From Candidatus Thalassarchaeaceae archaeon (GTDB taxonomy: Archaea > Thermoplasmatota > Poseidoniia > Poseidoniales > Thalassarchaeaceae), in NCBI GenBank assembly GCA_030747395.1, contig JASLKT010000001.1, positions 4,661 to 68,660 on the forward strand: a stretch of 64,000 nt of DNA, read 5' to 3'. Positions 1 to 9,860 of the stretch are shown here, piece after piece. Positions within the stretch are counted from its first letter, which is position 1, and every line of letters begins with the position of its first letter. Made by a program: the position numbers and the translations under genes. Under the pieces are notes generated by a model. The model saw nothing but the letters and a program-made list of their open reading frames with translations, did no database searches and was not told the DNA's origin.

Positions 1-1076
1 ATCCACCCAGTAAAATTAGCACTGATGCGAATGGTACGCCACAATTCGTTGAAAATGCGGAGATACCCTTCACACTCGTGATTCCTCAAGTTCTAGCTGA
101 CAAAAACGAAAGTGGACCATTGGTTGTATTTGGGCACGGCTTCCTCGGAGACGGTCGTTCAGCAGTCTCCAGTTGGGCGATTGGTTGGATGGAAGAATAC
201 GAAGTTGCGATGGTGGCCACAGATATCCATGGCTGGTCTGGAACTGATATAGACACAGTCTTCATGGGTTTGGCGAACCCTGAATATTTCGAACATCAAT
301 CGGATCGACTTCAACAGATGCTGGTGAATCAAATGGCTCTCGCGCGTACATTCAAGGGCGTTTGTAGCGACCTAGCGGAACTACATTACAACGGAACCAA
401 CTTGGTTGACAGTTCAGATGTTCATTACATGGGTTACTCATTAGGTGGAATCTACGGTGCAAGTATCACAGGGTTCTCTCCAGACATAGACCGCGCAGCG
501 CTATGGGTGGGTGGTTCGGGATTCTCGACGTTCATTGAGCGAAGTACAAATTATGTAACATTCTCAGATGGTTTCATTCTACCGCAGGCCTACCCACAAC
601 GCAATGATCGAGCACTACTCATCGCGGTCTGTCAGCAAATGTGGGATGCATCAGATGCAGAAACTTGGTTGCGCTTCGCAGAGAGCGGATATGGTGATGA
701 AATTCAACCATTCAATATCCTCTCAACCATATCTGTGAATGATGCACAGGTACCTGGACTCTCTTCAGACAGAGCCGCTAGAACGGCCGGTATTCCAATG
801 CTCAATGGGTCGATGATGACACCTTATGGCATCGATATGGTGGACGGCCCAATCAACGGTTCTGCAATCGTCTATTGGGACGGTGGCTACGATGGTATGC
901 CAGATACAAACGCAGCACCACCACTTGGTGACGCCGGTTTGGCACACAACGAAATTGCCCCAATTATCCAAGTCAACTCAATGGTGAAAGATTTCCTATT
1001 GACGGGTGTCATCAATGACACGTGTGGTGGAAGTTGCACGTTTGATTACGATACGGAACAAACAACTTGGAGTTAA
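1..1076 (+). CDS. alpha/beta-hydrolase fold protein (esterase/lipase-like), 5'-truncated at window edge
   Basis: ORF 78..1076 starts at GTG, but the frame stays open back to nt 3 with no stop, so the N-terminus lies outside the window. GYSLGG nucleophile elbow (G-x-S-x-G) and an HGF oxyanion-type region are present. Confidence 0.5.
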   Translation, partial: PPSKISTDANGTPQFVENAEIPFTLVIPQVLADKNESGPLVVFGHGFLGDGRSAVSSWAIGWMEEYEVAMVATDIHGWSGTDIDTVFMGLANPEYFEHQSDRLQQMLVNQMALARTFKGVCSDLAELHYNGTNLVDSSDVHYMGYSLGGIYGASITGFSPDIDRAALWVGGSGFSTFIERSTNYVTFSDGFILPQAYPQRNDRALLIAVCQQMWDASDAETWLRFAESGYGDEIQPFNILSTISVNDAQVPGLSSDRAARTAGIPMLNGSMMTPYGIDMVDGPINGSAIVYWDGGYDGMPDTNAAPPLGDAGLAHNEIAPIIQVNSMVKDFLLTGVINDTCGGSCTFDYDTEQTTWS

Positions 1077-1078
1077 TA

Positions 1079-2638
1079 CTACAATTTGCGGATTGCCTTT
1101 GGCTTAGGCCAATCAGAAAACCAAGTTTCCTCGCCATTCCAATCAGGGATAATCCCCATATCGGCACAAATGAGTTTGGCTGTGATCCGGCCGCTCTCAA
1201 AAATCGTTGGAAGCCCACTCCCTGGATGTGTCCCCCCACCCACCAAGTAGAGTTTCTTCAATTCCTCAAAGCGATTTTGTGGGCGTCGCCATAGCATCTG
1301 ATCAAGCCCATGTGCGAGGTTGAAAACAGCCCCCTTGTAGATGTCTCTCTCCGCCCAGTCGTCGGGAGTCACGATGGTTTCCGACACGATGTGGTTCTCG
1401 ATGTCATCGTAACCAAGATGAGCCATTTGCTTGAGGACAACATCACGGAAATCATGTTTGATATCATCCCATTTGATATTCGGGTGCTGATTACTGACCG
1501 GTACCAATACGTAAACCGTAGAGTGTCCATCTGGAGCCATTGAGGGGTCTGTGATGCAGGCATTTTGCACGTAGACCGAGGGGTCATCCCAGGACACCTT
1601 GTGTTCGGTCACCTCTCGCAAATTCTTCTGGTAATCCTTGGCAGCGTAAATCTGGTGATGGTCTACATCGTAGAGTTTGTCAACACCGAGATACAGCATG
1701 AAAGTCGAGCAAGAGTATGACTTCTTTTCCAATTTCTTATTCGACCAACGCTTACGCAATTCATTTGGAATCAAATCTTTCATTCCGGTGGCGAAATCGA
1801 CATTCATGACATACCGTTCAGCGTGATATATCCCTTTCTCGGTCTTGACACCTACCACCGTTTTTCCCTCGAAAATGAATTCTTCCACGGGTTCATTGAG
1901 GCGAATCTCAACACCCAATTCACGCGCGATTTCACCCATACGTTGTGTGATTGTTCCAAGACCACCTTTGGCGTGGAAAACACCGTATTCATATTCAAGA
2001 TATGCGAGAATTGTAAACAAACTTGGGGCTTTGAATGGACTCATTCCAAGGTACTTGGTTTGGAACGACATGGCCACCTGCATTCGTTCATCTGTGAACA
2101 TTTTTGACAAGTCAGAGGCTACTGAGCGCCAAGGTCGTAGAACTTTTGAAACTCGAAAAGCACGCCGACTGAAAAGATCCAGTGGACCTTTCCATGGTGA
2201 ATTTAAACAATTTCTCGAAAGTGCCAATTTTCTTCGGTTGTCAATCACATATTTCTGAAATCCGGCCGCATTTCGATCCCCGCATAACTCGCGTATTTGT
2301 TCAGTCATATTTTCAATATCAGTTGTGGCGTTCAAACTGCCTCCTGAACCGAAGACGAGCCGGTAATTGGGATCAATTCCAATGAGATTCAATTCTTCAA
2401 AGACATCCTTTCCCAAAGCACGAAAGATTTCTTCTGCAATTTCGGGATAATGGAAAAATGTCGGACCATTGTCAAACTTGTAACCATCTTTTTCGATGAC
2501 TCGAGTTCGGCCACCAACATCATCTGATTTTTCAAGAATAGTGACTTTGATTCCAGCTTTTGCAAGCATCATTGCAGCGGTCAGGCCACCTGGGCCAGCT
2601 CCAACAATCAGAACCTGACATGATGTCTCTTCTGCCAT
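1079..2638 (-). CDS. CrtI/CrtD-family phytoene-desaturase-like FAD-dependent oxidoreductase
   Basis: N-terminal dinucleotide-binding motif VLIVGAGPGGLTAA...LEKSDDVGGR and a FDNGPTF motif. The C-terminal GGGTHPGSGLPTIFESG matches the CrtI family terminal motif. 519 aa. Confidence 0.7.
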   Translation of the reverse strand: MAEETSCQVLIVGAGPGGLTAAMMLAKAGIKVTILEKSDDVGGRTRVIEKDGYKFDNGPTFFHYPEIAEEIFRALGKDVFEELNLIGIDPNYRLVFGSGGSLNATTDIENMTEQIRELCGDRNAAGFQKYVIDNRRKLALSRNCLNSPWKGPLDLFSRRAFRVSKVLRPWRSVASDLSKMFTDERMQVAMSFQTKYLGMSPFKAPSLFTILAYLEYEYGVFHAKGGLGTITQRMGEIARELGVEIRLNEPVEEFIFEGKTVVGVKTEKGIYHAERYVMNVDFATGMKDLIPNELRKRWSNKKLEKKSYSCSTFMLYLGVDKLYDVDHHQIYAAKDYQKNLREVTEHKVSWDDPSVYVQNACITDPSMAPDGHSTVYVLVPVSNQHPNIKWDDIKHDFRDVVLKQMAHLGYDDIENHIVSETIVTPDDWAERDIYKGAVFNLAHGLDQMLWRRPQNRFEELKKLYLVGGGTHPGSGLPTIFESGRITAKLICADMGIIPDWNGEETWFSDWPKPKAIRKL

Positions 2639-2792
2639 CTAACAGTAAGCCGGAGACCCATTTATTATGACGTTTCCTTTGGGATTTCTCACTGGGAATC
2701 AAGGGGCAGAAGGGGGTTAAAATAAAGGTTGGAATTTTCCGACACACAATCAGGCATCGGTTTGAATTGCCCACCAAGATTTTGGAAGTGGA

Positions 2793-3269
2793 ATGATGGA
2801 TTCTCACGCGCATTGGATTGGAGAAGAGTTTCCCGAATTTTCTCTAAAAGACGATGAAGGAAACTGGTTCAATCATGAAGGATTCAAGGGGCTATGGTCG
2901 GTTGTTTTCTTCTACCCCAAAGATGGTTCACCTGGATGCACGATTGAATCGTGTGGATTTAGGGATGAACATGAGCAATTCACCGCATTGGGTGCTCAAC
3001 TAATTGGGGTGTCAACGGATTCTGTGAATCGTCATCGACGATTCAAAGAAAAACACAATCTCCAATACAAATTGTTGTTCGATGATGGAGGAAGATTGGC
3101 TAAAAAATTGAGGCTAAAGAGAACGTTGGGTTTGCTGCGAGCAAGGGTCACGTTCATCATTGATCCAGAGTGTGTTATCCGGGGCACAATTACAGCACAA
3201 TTCGCTCCAAAAAAGCACGTTTATCATGCCCTGCGTCAACTTCGAGAATTGACTACCACGGATACTTGA
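2793..3269 (+). CDS. bcp: Bcp-type peroxiredoxin (thiol peroxidase, AhpC/TSA family)
   Basis: FFYPKDGSPGCTIESCGFRD active-site motif (P-x-x-x-T/S-x-x-C). 158 aa. Confidence 0.75.
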   Translation: MMDSHAHWIGEEFPEFSLKDDEGNWFNHEGFKGLWSVVFFYPKDGSPGCTIESCGFRDEHEQFTALGAQLIGVSTDSVNRHRRFKEKHNLQYKLLFDDGGRLAKKLRLKRTLGLLRARVTFIIDPECVIRGTITAQFAPKKHVYHALRQLRELTTTDT

Positions 3270-3807
3270 TATTCCAAAGAATACCGTCATTGATGATGAC
3301 TTGGATACCGAGCATACAAGCCCCGACAACAGGCCAGAACGAGTCTGAATTTGCACCCTGTTGATGTGCACTCCAAGCAAACAGGCCGAGTAGAATGTTG
3401 CCCAAACAAACCAACCAGAGATTCCCAATCACCAACCATTGTGTCCAATTGGCTTCAGTTTGCATATGAAAAGCGGTGAGTTCCAGCCAAAGCATGGATG
3501 GGATAGTGACCAACAAGAAGGCGATGAGGAGGCGATTGTGCCCTCCGCTTGTCCCCTCACTCCATGGCCATTGCACTGATTCGACAACTGTTGCATCCCA
3601 ACGATAGAGGAAAAACCACCACATGATGAGGAAGCCTGTTGCAGAAATGAACATGCAAGTTACATTCAGTGTCCGCCATGATTCTGGAATGCCACCCCAC
3701 AAATCATTGGGGTTCTCCATACGAGACAACCCGAATACATACGATGCCAAGACCAGAGGCCCTGTGATATACAGAGCAAGGCGAATGGTTTCACGGGTGA
3801 CTTCCAT
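3253..3807 (-). CDS. membrane protein, unknown function
   Basis: 184-aa ORF with 5-6 predicted hydrophobic helices, Trp-rich. Tail-to-tail with bcp. Confidence 0.4.
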   Translation of the reverse strand: MEVTRETIRLALYITGPLVLASYVFGLSRMENPNDLWGGIPESWRTLNVTCMFISATGFLIMWWFFLYRWDATVVESVQWPWSEGTSGGHNRLLIAFLLVTIPSMLWLELTAFHMQTEANWTQWLVIGNLWLVCLGNILLGLFAWSAHQQGANSDSFWPVVGACMLGIQVIINDGILWNIKYPW

Positions 3808-3816
3808 TGGGACGCC

Positions 3817-5445
3817 TCAGGCTAGAGAGGTCCAATCGACTTCAGCTTCTTCGATTTCGATTTCTTCGACATCCATTTGTGCCAACTGAAGTTTACCGCT
3901 GAGTTCATCGTTCACTGCATGCCAATAGGAATAGGCTTCAATGACCCAAATACCAGACTCTCGAGTTCCGTTTCCTGAACCCTTGACGCCCCCGAAAGGT
4001 AGGTGAGCTTCTGCACCAGTTGTCGAATTGTTGATTCCTGTCATGCCAGCCTTGATTCCAGTCTTGAATCGATACGCCTCTAGGCGATCATTGGTGTATA
4101 TCGCACTTGACAACCCATAGGGGCTGGCATTCGCGAGATGCAAAGCATGCTCGAAATCCTTTGCTTTGACCACGGTAATAACTGGGCCAAATATTTCTTC
4201 ATGGAAGCACTCCATATCCTCTGTAACATTCTCATAAACGTGAGGCCACATGTAAACTCCTTCCGAAGCATCGCCAAGGAAACCTGCAGGTTTGTTGTCA
4301 TTGGTAATTCGGCCTTTGCCATAGATCTTGGTGGCGTTACTCGCTTCACACATCTCCAATCCTTTGAGGAATTCACCTGCATATTTCTCAGAGAGCATCG
4401 GTCCGTAGAGGACATTGTCGTGTCGCAATGAATCACCGATTGTCGTACTCTCGACCTTGGCCATGAGTTTGGTCATGAATTCATCATAGATGTCCTGGTG
4501 AATGATTAGATTCCCAAGACTCGTGCACCGTTGTCCAGCGGTTCCAAATCCGGCCCAGTACGCACCTTCAACAGCGTTGTCCATATTGGCACTCGGCATG
4601 ATGACGAGTGGGTTCTTACCTCCAAGTTCAAGGCTGGCTGATACGAGGTTGCGTCCGCAAATTTCTCCAATCATCTTACCCACGGCCGTACTACCGGTGA
4701 AGGAAATTTTGTTCACCATGCCTTTGTCAACCGCATCGACGAGATGTTGGCCTGCTCCGCTGCCCTTGCCATGCACGAGATTGATGACACCGTTGGGCAA
4801 ACCCGCCTCGTGCATGATACGCGCGAGCGCGAAGGAGAGAAGGGGTGCATCCTGCGGAGATTTCCACACACAAGTATTGCCACACATGATGGCGGGAATC
4901 ATCTTCCAGAAGGGGACTGCCGCTGGGAAATTGCAGGCGTTGATGATTCCACAAACGCCAAGGGGGCGTCGATAGGTGAACAATTCCTTATCCGGTAATT
5001 CACTGTTAACGGTCTGACCATAGAGGCGACGGCCTTCGGACTGGAAGAATAAGCACGTGTCGATTGCCTCTTGCACCGATCCCGCTGATTCTTTGAGAGT
5101 CTTGCCAATTTCTCGAGTTTCAATCGCTACGATTGCATCCTTGTGCTCCATCAGCAACCGGCCCATGTTACCAATGATTTGCCCGCGCGTGGGCGCAGGG
5201 GTTGTTGACCAACTGGCAAATGCTTTGCGAGCCGCTCTAAGGGCCTCATGCACATCCTCTTCGGTAGAGAGAGGAAATTCACCAAGGCAATCATCCAACC
5301 ATGCGGGATTGATTGATTTGAACGTAGAGCCATCACTCGCTTGTTTGAGTTCACCATCAATGATATTGTATCCCTTCACACATGGATTGCCGTTTGGGTT
5401 GCTGTGGTCAAGAAATTCCAGACCTGTTGAGAGTACCTGCGCCAT
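3817..5445 (-). CDS. NAD(P)-dependent aldehyde dehydrogenase, ALDH7/antiquitin-like (alpha-aminoadipic semialdehyde dehydrogenase family)
   Basis: LELGGKNP and GTAGQRCTS catalytic-Cys motifs. GIINACNFP...CGNTCVWK and an N-terminal YNIIDGE block resemble ALDH7. Confidence 0.8.
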   Translation of the reverse strand: MAQVLSTGLEFLDHSNPNGNPCVKGYNIIDGELKQASDGSTFKSINPAWLDDCLGEFPLSTEEDVHEALRAARKAFASWSTTPAPTRGQIIGNMGRLLMEHKDAIVAIETREIGKTLKESAGSVQEAIDTCLFFQSEGRRLYGQTVNSELPDKELFTYRRPLGVCGIINACNFPAAVPFWKMIPAIMCGNTCVWKSPQDAPLLSFALARIMHEAGLPNGVINLVHGKGSGAGQHLVDAVDKGMVNKISFTGSTAVGKMIGEICGRNLVSASLELGGKNPLVIMPSANMDNAVEGAYWAGFGTAGQRCTSLGNLIIHQDIYDEFMTKLMAKVESTTIGDSLRHDNVLYGPMLSEKYAGEFLKGLEMCEASNATKIYGKGRITNDNKPAGFLGDASEGVYMWPHVYENVTEDMECFHEEIFGPVITVVKAKDFEHALHLANASPYGLSSAIYTNDRLEAYRFKTGIKAGMTGINNSTTGAEAHLPFGGVKGSGNGTRESGIWVIEAYSYWHAVNDELSGKLQLAQMDVEEIEIEEAEVDWTSLA

Positions 5446-5589
5446 ATCTCGTCGAACGCTATCCCCATGATGAATGCTCGCTTCTCGGCGGTTGAATCGA
5501 ACCGAACAGACCGAATGATAAGGAGATGGAAATTTGCAACATTAAAAGGGGTCTAGGTTTTCTGCTAGTATTGCTGTTGGGGTGACACT

Positions 5590-7815
5590 ATGGCTGACGA
5601 TGATGAAAAAACACTATCTCTACGAGTAGCAAAAGCAATTCCAAGTGATGTTGGTCACGGACGAGCACGCGTGCCTTTTGACAATGATTTAGGCTTGAAA
5701 CCTGGAGATGTAATCGAAATCAGCGGGGAGCGAAATACCGCGGCAATCGTTTGGAGATGTCGTCCTGAAGATGCAAACCTTGGTGTTATTCGAATCGATG
5801 GTATCATTCGTAAGAATGCTGGAGTCAGTCTAGGTGACCGAGTGACGATAAAGAAGGTCGAAACGAATGAGTGCGAGAGACTGGTGCTGAGTCCCGTAAT
5901 GGCAAAGCAACAGAAAGTCAAGTTCGGTTCAGGAATCGAAGGATTTGCCCGACGTGGCCTCAACAAGCGACCCGTGGTCGCAGGTGATAGAATATTCATA
6001 CCTGGCATGACACTCTTTGCAGAGGCGTTGCCATTCGCAATCGTGTCCACCAAACCGAAAGGAATCGTTAGAGTCCTTCCCGATACTGAAATCGTCATCA
6101 AGGAAGAAATGGTCGAAGACGAGGAACACGGAGAGGTTTCATCCATCATGTACGAAGACATCGGTGGACTTGGAGATCAATTGCTCAAAGTTCGTGAAAT
6201 GATCGAATTACCACTCAAGCATCCAATTCTCTTCCGCCGCCTTGGAATCGACCCCCCAAAGGGTGTACTTCTCCATGGCCCACCCGGAACTGGCAAAACG
6301 ATGATCGCAAAGGCAGTGGCCAACGAAACAAATGCCCATTTTACAAGCATCAATGGACCCGAAATTATTTCGAAATACTACGGTGAATCTGAGAAACAAT
6401 TGCGTGAAATCTTTGATGAAGCCGCTTCAAATGCCCCTGCAATCATCTTCGTCGATGAGTTGGATTCAATTGCACCCAAGCGTGAAGATGTTTCTGGCGA
6501 AGTTGAGCGTCGTGTCGTCGCTCAATTGCTCACACTGATGGATGGGATGCAGGGCCGTGATAATGTGGTTGTCATCGGCGCTACAAATCGACCCGATGCT
6601 ATCGATCAAGCCCTTCGAAGGCCGGGTCGGTTCGATCGTGAATTGGAGATCGGTGTTCCCGACAAAAATGGGCGTCGTGAAATTGTGAATATTCACACAA
6701 GAGGCATGCCGATTGCAGATGATTTTGACATGGACTGGATTTTGGAAAATTCATACGGGTTTGTAGGTGCAGATATCATGAGCCTGACCCGAGAAGCCGC
6801 GATGAAGGCTCTTCGACGCTATCTACCTGAAATCGATTTAGATCAAGATGAAATTCCGCCTGAAGTGTTGGAAAAGATGGAAGTCCAAATGAATGACTTC
6901 CGGATTGCAATTAGAGACATCGAACCTAGTGCATTGCGTGAAATCTATGTCGAGATTCCCGAAGTCTCGTGGGATGATGTCGGTGGCCTTGACGAAGTCA
7001 AGGAACGCCTCAAGGAGAGTGTTGAATGGCCATTGACAATGCCTGATAGATTTGAGCACTTTGGCATCAAACCACCTCGTGGTATCGTCCTTTTTGGTGC
7101 CCCAGGAACGGGCAAGACCTTGATCGCCAAAGCCATTGCTCATGAAGCAAAAGCGAATTTCATCACGGTCAAGGGTCCGGAACTCATCTCAAAGTGGGTT
7201 GGTGAATCTGAAAAAGCAATTCGCGAGGTGTTCAAGAAGGCAAAACAATCCAGCCCCAGTATCATTTTCCTCGATGAATTCGAATCGATTGCAGGTGCAC
7301 GTACATCCAATTCTGGTGAAGGCAGCGATGTATCGAACCGTGTCGTCAATCAATTGCTATCCAGTATGGATGGCGTTGAATCCATGGAAGGAGTCATCAT
7401 CATTGCCGCAACGAACCGTCCCGAAATGATTGACCCTGCATTGCTGCGAAGTGGCCGGTTTGAACGTGTTATGCACATTCCACCACCTGACCACGCAAGC
7501 CTTCGAAAGATTCTGAAAATCCACGCCAAAGATATGCCTCTTGGCAAGTTTGATCTTGAGAGTCTAGCAGACAACATGCAAAATTTCACTGGCGCTGATG
7601 TAGAAGCGGTGTGCCGTGAAGCAGCCCTCATCGCCATGCGAGCTGAAAGAAAATCTGTCGCGAAGAAGCACTTTGAGGAAGCGATTGCTAGAGTTCGACC
7701 AACAATCACACCTGAGATGCTTGAATATTACTCCAAGTTAGAGAGCCGCTTAACCAGTGGACTGGAGAGTATCCGAAGAAAGAATGACACCTTGATGGGT
7801 ATCGAAAGTGTATGA
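5590..7815 (+). CDS. cdc48: CDC48/VCP-like AAA+ ATPase (two AAA domains plus N-domain)
   Basis: Two GPPGTGKT / GAPGTGKT Walker A motifs, DE-x-D Walker B motifs, SRH regions, and an N-terminal CDC48_N-like domain. 741 aa. Confidence 0.9.
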   Translation: MADDDEKTLSLRVAKAIPSDVGHGRARVPFDNDLGLKPGDVIEISGERNTAAIVWRCRPEDANLGVIRIDGIIRKNAGVSLGDRVTIKKVETNECERLVLSPVMAKQQKVKFGSGIEGFARRGLNKRPVVAGDRIFIPGMTLFAEALPFAIVSTKPKGIVRVLPDTEIVIKEEMVEDEEHGEVSSIMYEDIGGLGDQLLKVREMIELPLKHPILFRRLGIDPPKGVLLHGPPGTGKTMIAKAVANETNAHFTSINGPEIISKYYGESEKQLREIFDEAASNAPAIIFVDELDSIAPKREDVSGEVERRVVAQLLTLMDGMQGRDNVVVIGATNRPDAIDQALRRPGRFDRELEIGVPDKNGRREIVNIHTRGMPIADDFDMDWILENSYGFVGADIMSLTREAAMKALRRYLPEIDLDQDEIPPEVLEKMEVQMNDFRIAIRDIEPSALREIYVEIPEVSWDDVGGLDEVKERLKESVEWPLTMPDRFEHFGIKPPRGIVLFGAPGTGKTLIAKAIAHEAKANFITVKGPELISKWVGESEKAIREVFKKAKQSSPSIIFLDEFESIAGARTSNSGEGSDVSNRVVNQLLSSMDGVESMEGVIIIAATNRPEMIDPALLRSGRFERVMHIPPPDHASLRKILKIHAKDMPLGKFDLESLADNMQNFTGADVEAVCREAALIAMRAERKSVAKKHFEEAIARVRPTITPEMLEYYSKLESRLTSGLESIRRKNDTLMGIESV

Positions 7816-7824
7816 GGTGGATAA

Positions 7825-8067
7825 ATGCCAGCAGCCTTCTCAACAGAACTGTCTGGTCGACGGGTCGTTGATAGTCGAGGAGATTTACTAGGAACTGTTG
7901 TCGATTTGTTCATTGATGATACCAACGGCACCGTTCTTGGGCTTCTCCTAGAATTGGACGAAGGATTGGATCCAAAACTGCTGCCGTGGTCCACTTTTGG
8001 CGAATATTTGGTCGTTCCAACCGATGAGGTTGCATCCATCGATGAAGAGATTCATCTCAATCGATAG
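7825..8067 (+). CDS. PRC-barrel domain protein
   Basis: 80 aa, LSGRRVVDSRGDLLGTVVDLFIDDTNGTVLGLLL PRC-barrel pattern. GAGGTGGA Shine-Dalgarno 6 nt upstream. 10 bp after cdc48. Confidence 0.6.
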   Translation: MPAAFSTELSGRRVVDSRGDLLGTVVDLFIDDTNGTVLGLLLELDEGLDPKLLPWSTFGEYLVVPTDEVASIDEEIHLNR

Positions 8068-8142
8068 ACCGAATTGGCGATGATACAAGACCTCCCACCA
8101 CCCCCAAACCGTCTTAAGGCTAGGTTCAGCGTCTCGCGGCTG

Positions 8143-8159
8143 CACATCCTATGGATGTG
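8143..8159. other. perfect 7-bp stem hairpin CACATCC-TAT-GGATGTG, 15 bp upstream of the 8174 start codon
   Basis: Inverted repeat read directly from the sequence. Possible RBS-occluding or regulatory structure. Confidence 0.3.
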
Positions 8160-8173
8160 GGGAGTCAGTCGAA

Positions 8174-9844
8174 ATGAAAATCGGTTCGGTTGACATTGGC
8201 ACCGTCCTGAAATCACGCAAAACGCGTCGAACAGGATTGATGGTCGCTTTCTATGGGGTATTGGCGCTTTTGCTCTACAGCATAGTTGGTTCTTACCTAG
8301 TGCCAAGTGACCCACACCTGTCCGCCTACGATGATGATTGGGATGATTTATCTGCATTCAGAGCAGATCTCAAAGGAATGGGCATTGATACGACGAGTAT
8401 GATTTCTAGTCCCGTACTGTTGGGAGAAATTGAGAACCCTGAGGATACCGTGTTCATCGTTACTGGTGTGGAACAAGATACAATTTCCCTGCCGAGATTT
8501 ACTGGAGATGTTGATGTAGTCCAATTCAGTGAATCTGAAGGATATACAACAACAGAAATTGAAGCAATAGTGCAGTATGTTGCGTCTGGTGGAACATTGC
8601 TTGTCATGGATGATTTTGGTTTCTCAGCTGGTTTGGCTGAGACGTTTGAATTGGGATACAGTGGACATCAACTCTACGATGAGGAAGCTTGGGCTCGTGG
8701 ACTTGACTACAATTACATCTGGATGAATTCATCGAACCCCTACGATTACACAGGGACCGACAAATCTGGCTCACATCCGTGCTTATCGGATGCCGATAAT
8801 GATGGAATCATCGACCGATTGGATTCATTGCCAAACAGCCCGGTCAACAGTGCCGATACACCTACAGTTGCTGAAGCCGGACTTTGTGCTCATCACATTG
8901 AAACCGATTCCACTGGTGGACAATATTGGAATTTCAGCACGAACTACAACGTTTTGCTGAACACGCCGTCTGCATTCGATAAACAAGCCGCAGAATCAAA
9001 TTCAGACAATCGATATGCTTGGGGTACTTCCAGTCAGGATTCTTACCTCGACACCAACGATGACGGACAGGGTGACGTTGGATTTGAGGGAGGAGGGATC
9101 GAAAGCGATGAGCAAGGTCCGTTCACAATGGCCGTCAAAGTCTGTGCCAAGCGAGATTGTGAAGAAATGCCTGGTGAGGCAATGGGTCGGGCAATTTTCG
9201 TCACAGATGGTTCAGTTCTGATGAATGCAATCTACGATTGGGAGGATACCAACGAGGGAGAATATGGTGAATTGAATGGCAAAATCATGCCTGAAAATGA
9301 CAACCGTCGCTGGGTTCTGGACATTGTTGCTGAATCATTATTGATGCACACCGCTGCTGATGAATTCAATGGGACATCTGGAGCCGGAAAGCAAGTCATC
9401 TTTGATGAAAGTCGACATCAACAAACGAATGCCATGGGTGACACCTACAATCTCATCTACTACATTCTGGTATACTTCACCAATGATTGGATGGCAATGC
9501 TGTTCCTTTTCCTAGCACTATTCATCGCCTTTGAGGCTGTGATTATCAAAAAGGTCGATCCTGAACCTTGGCGGCACGTATTCAGCATCATTTACTACGG
9601 ATTTGGTGATGCTAGACGATACGGTTACTATGGCCGTGCCAATAAAGTCAAGCAAGTATTACTGTCTAGGGTGAGGAATCTCAATTCATTGACCAGAGAT
9701 GAGTTTGATGCCTTGCCAGCTCGAGAATTGCAGAAGATGATTGGCGATCCTGTTCTCATCAAGTTCGTCTTTGAAGATCGGAATTACAGTCTTGAGCAAC
9801 TCGTTGCTGTTGTCAAACGGGTCAAAATGTGGGGACGCAAGTAA
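8174..9844 (+). CDS. membrane protein, DUF4350-like (MoxR-operon-associated type)
   Basis: N-terminal TM, large acidic extracytoplasmic domain, C-terminal TM, followed directly by a DUF58 gene. Family assignment by architecture only. Confidence 0.45.
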   Translation: MKIGSVDIGTVLKSRKTRRTGLMVAFYGVLALLLYSIVGSYLVPSDPHLSAYDDDWDDLSAFRADLKGMGIDTTSMISSPVLLGEIENPEDTVFIVTGVEQDTISLPRFTGDVDVVQFSESEGYTTTEIEAIVQYVASGGTLLVMDDFGFSAGLAETFELGYSGHQLYDEEAWARGLDYNYIWMNSSNPYDYTGTDKSGSHPCLSDADNDGIIDRLDSLPNSPVNSADTPTVAEAGLCAHHIETDSTGGQYWNFSTNYNVLLNTPSAFDKQAAESNSDNRYAWGTSSQDSYLDTNDDGQGDVGFEGGGIESDEQGPFTMAVKVCAKRDCEEMPGEAMGRAIFVTDGSVLMNAIYDWEDTNEGEYGELNGKIMPENDNRRWVLDIVAESLLMHTAADEFNGTSGAGKQVIFDESRHQQTNAMGDTYNLIYYILVYFTNDWMAMLFLFLALFIAFEAVIIKKVDPEPWRHVFSIIYYGFGDARRYGYYGRANKVKQVLLSRVRNLNSLTRDEFDALPARELQKMIGDPVLIKFVFEDRNYSLEQLVAVVKRVKMWGRK

Positions 9845-9860
9845 GCGGAGGTGAGATGAA

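Noticed and set aside
8052-8357. ORF 8052..8357 (- strand) covering the PRC-barrel/DUF4350 intergenic gap
   Set aside because: Antisense to the 5' end of the DUF4350-like gene, His/Arg/Cys-rich. No support.
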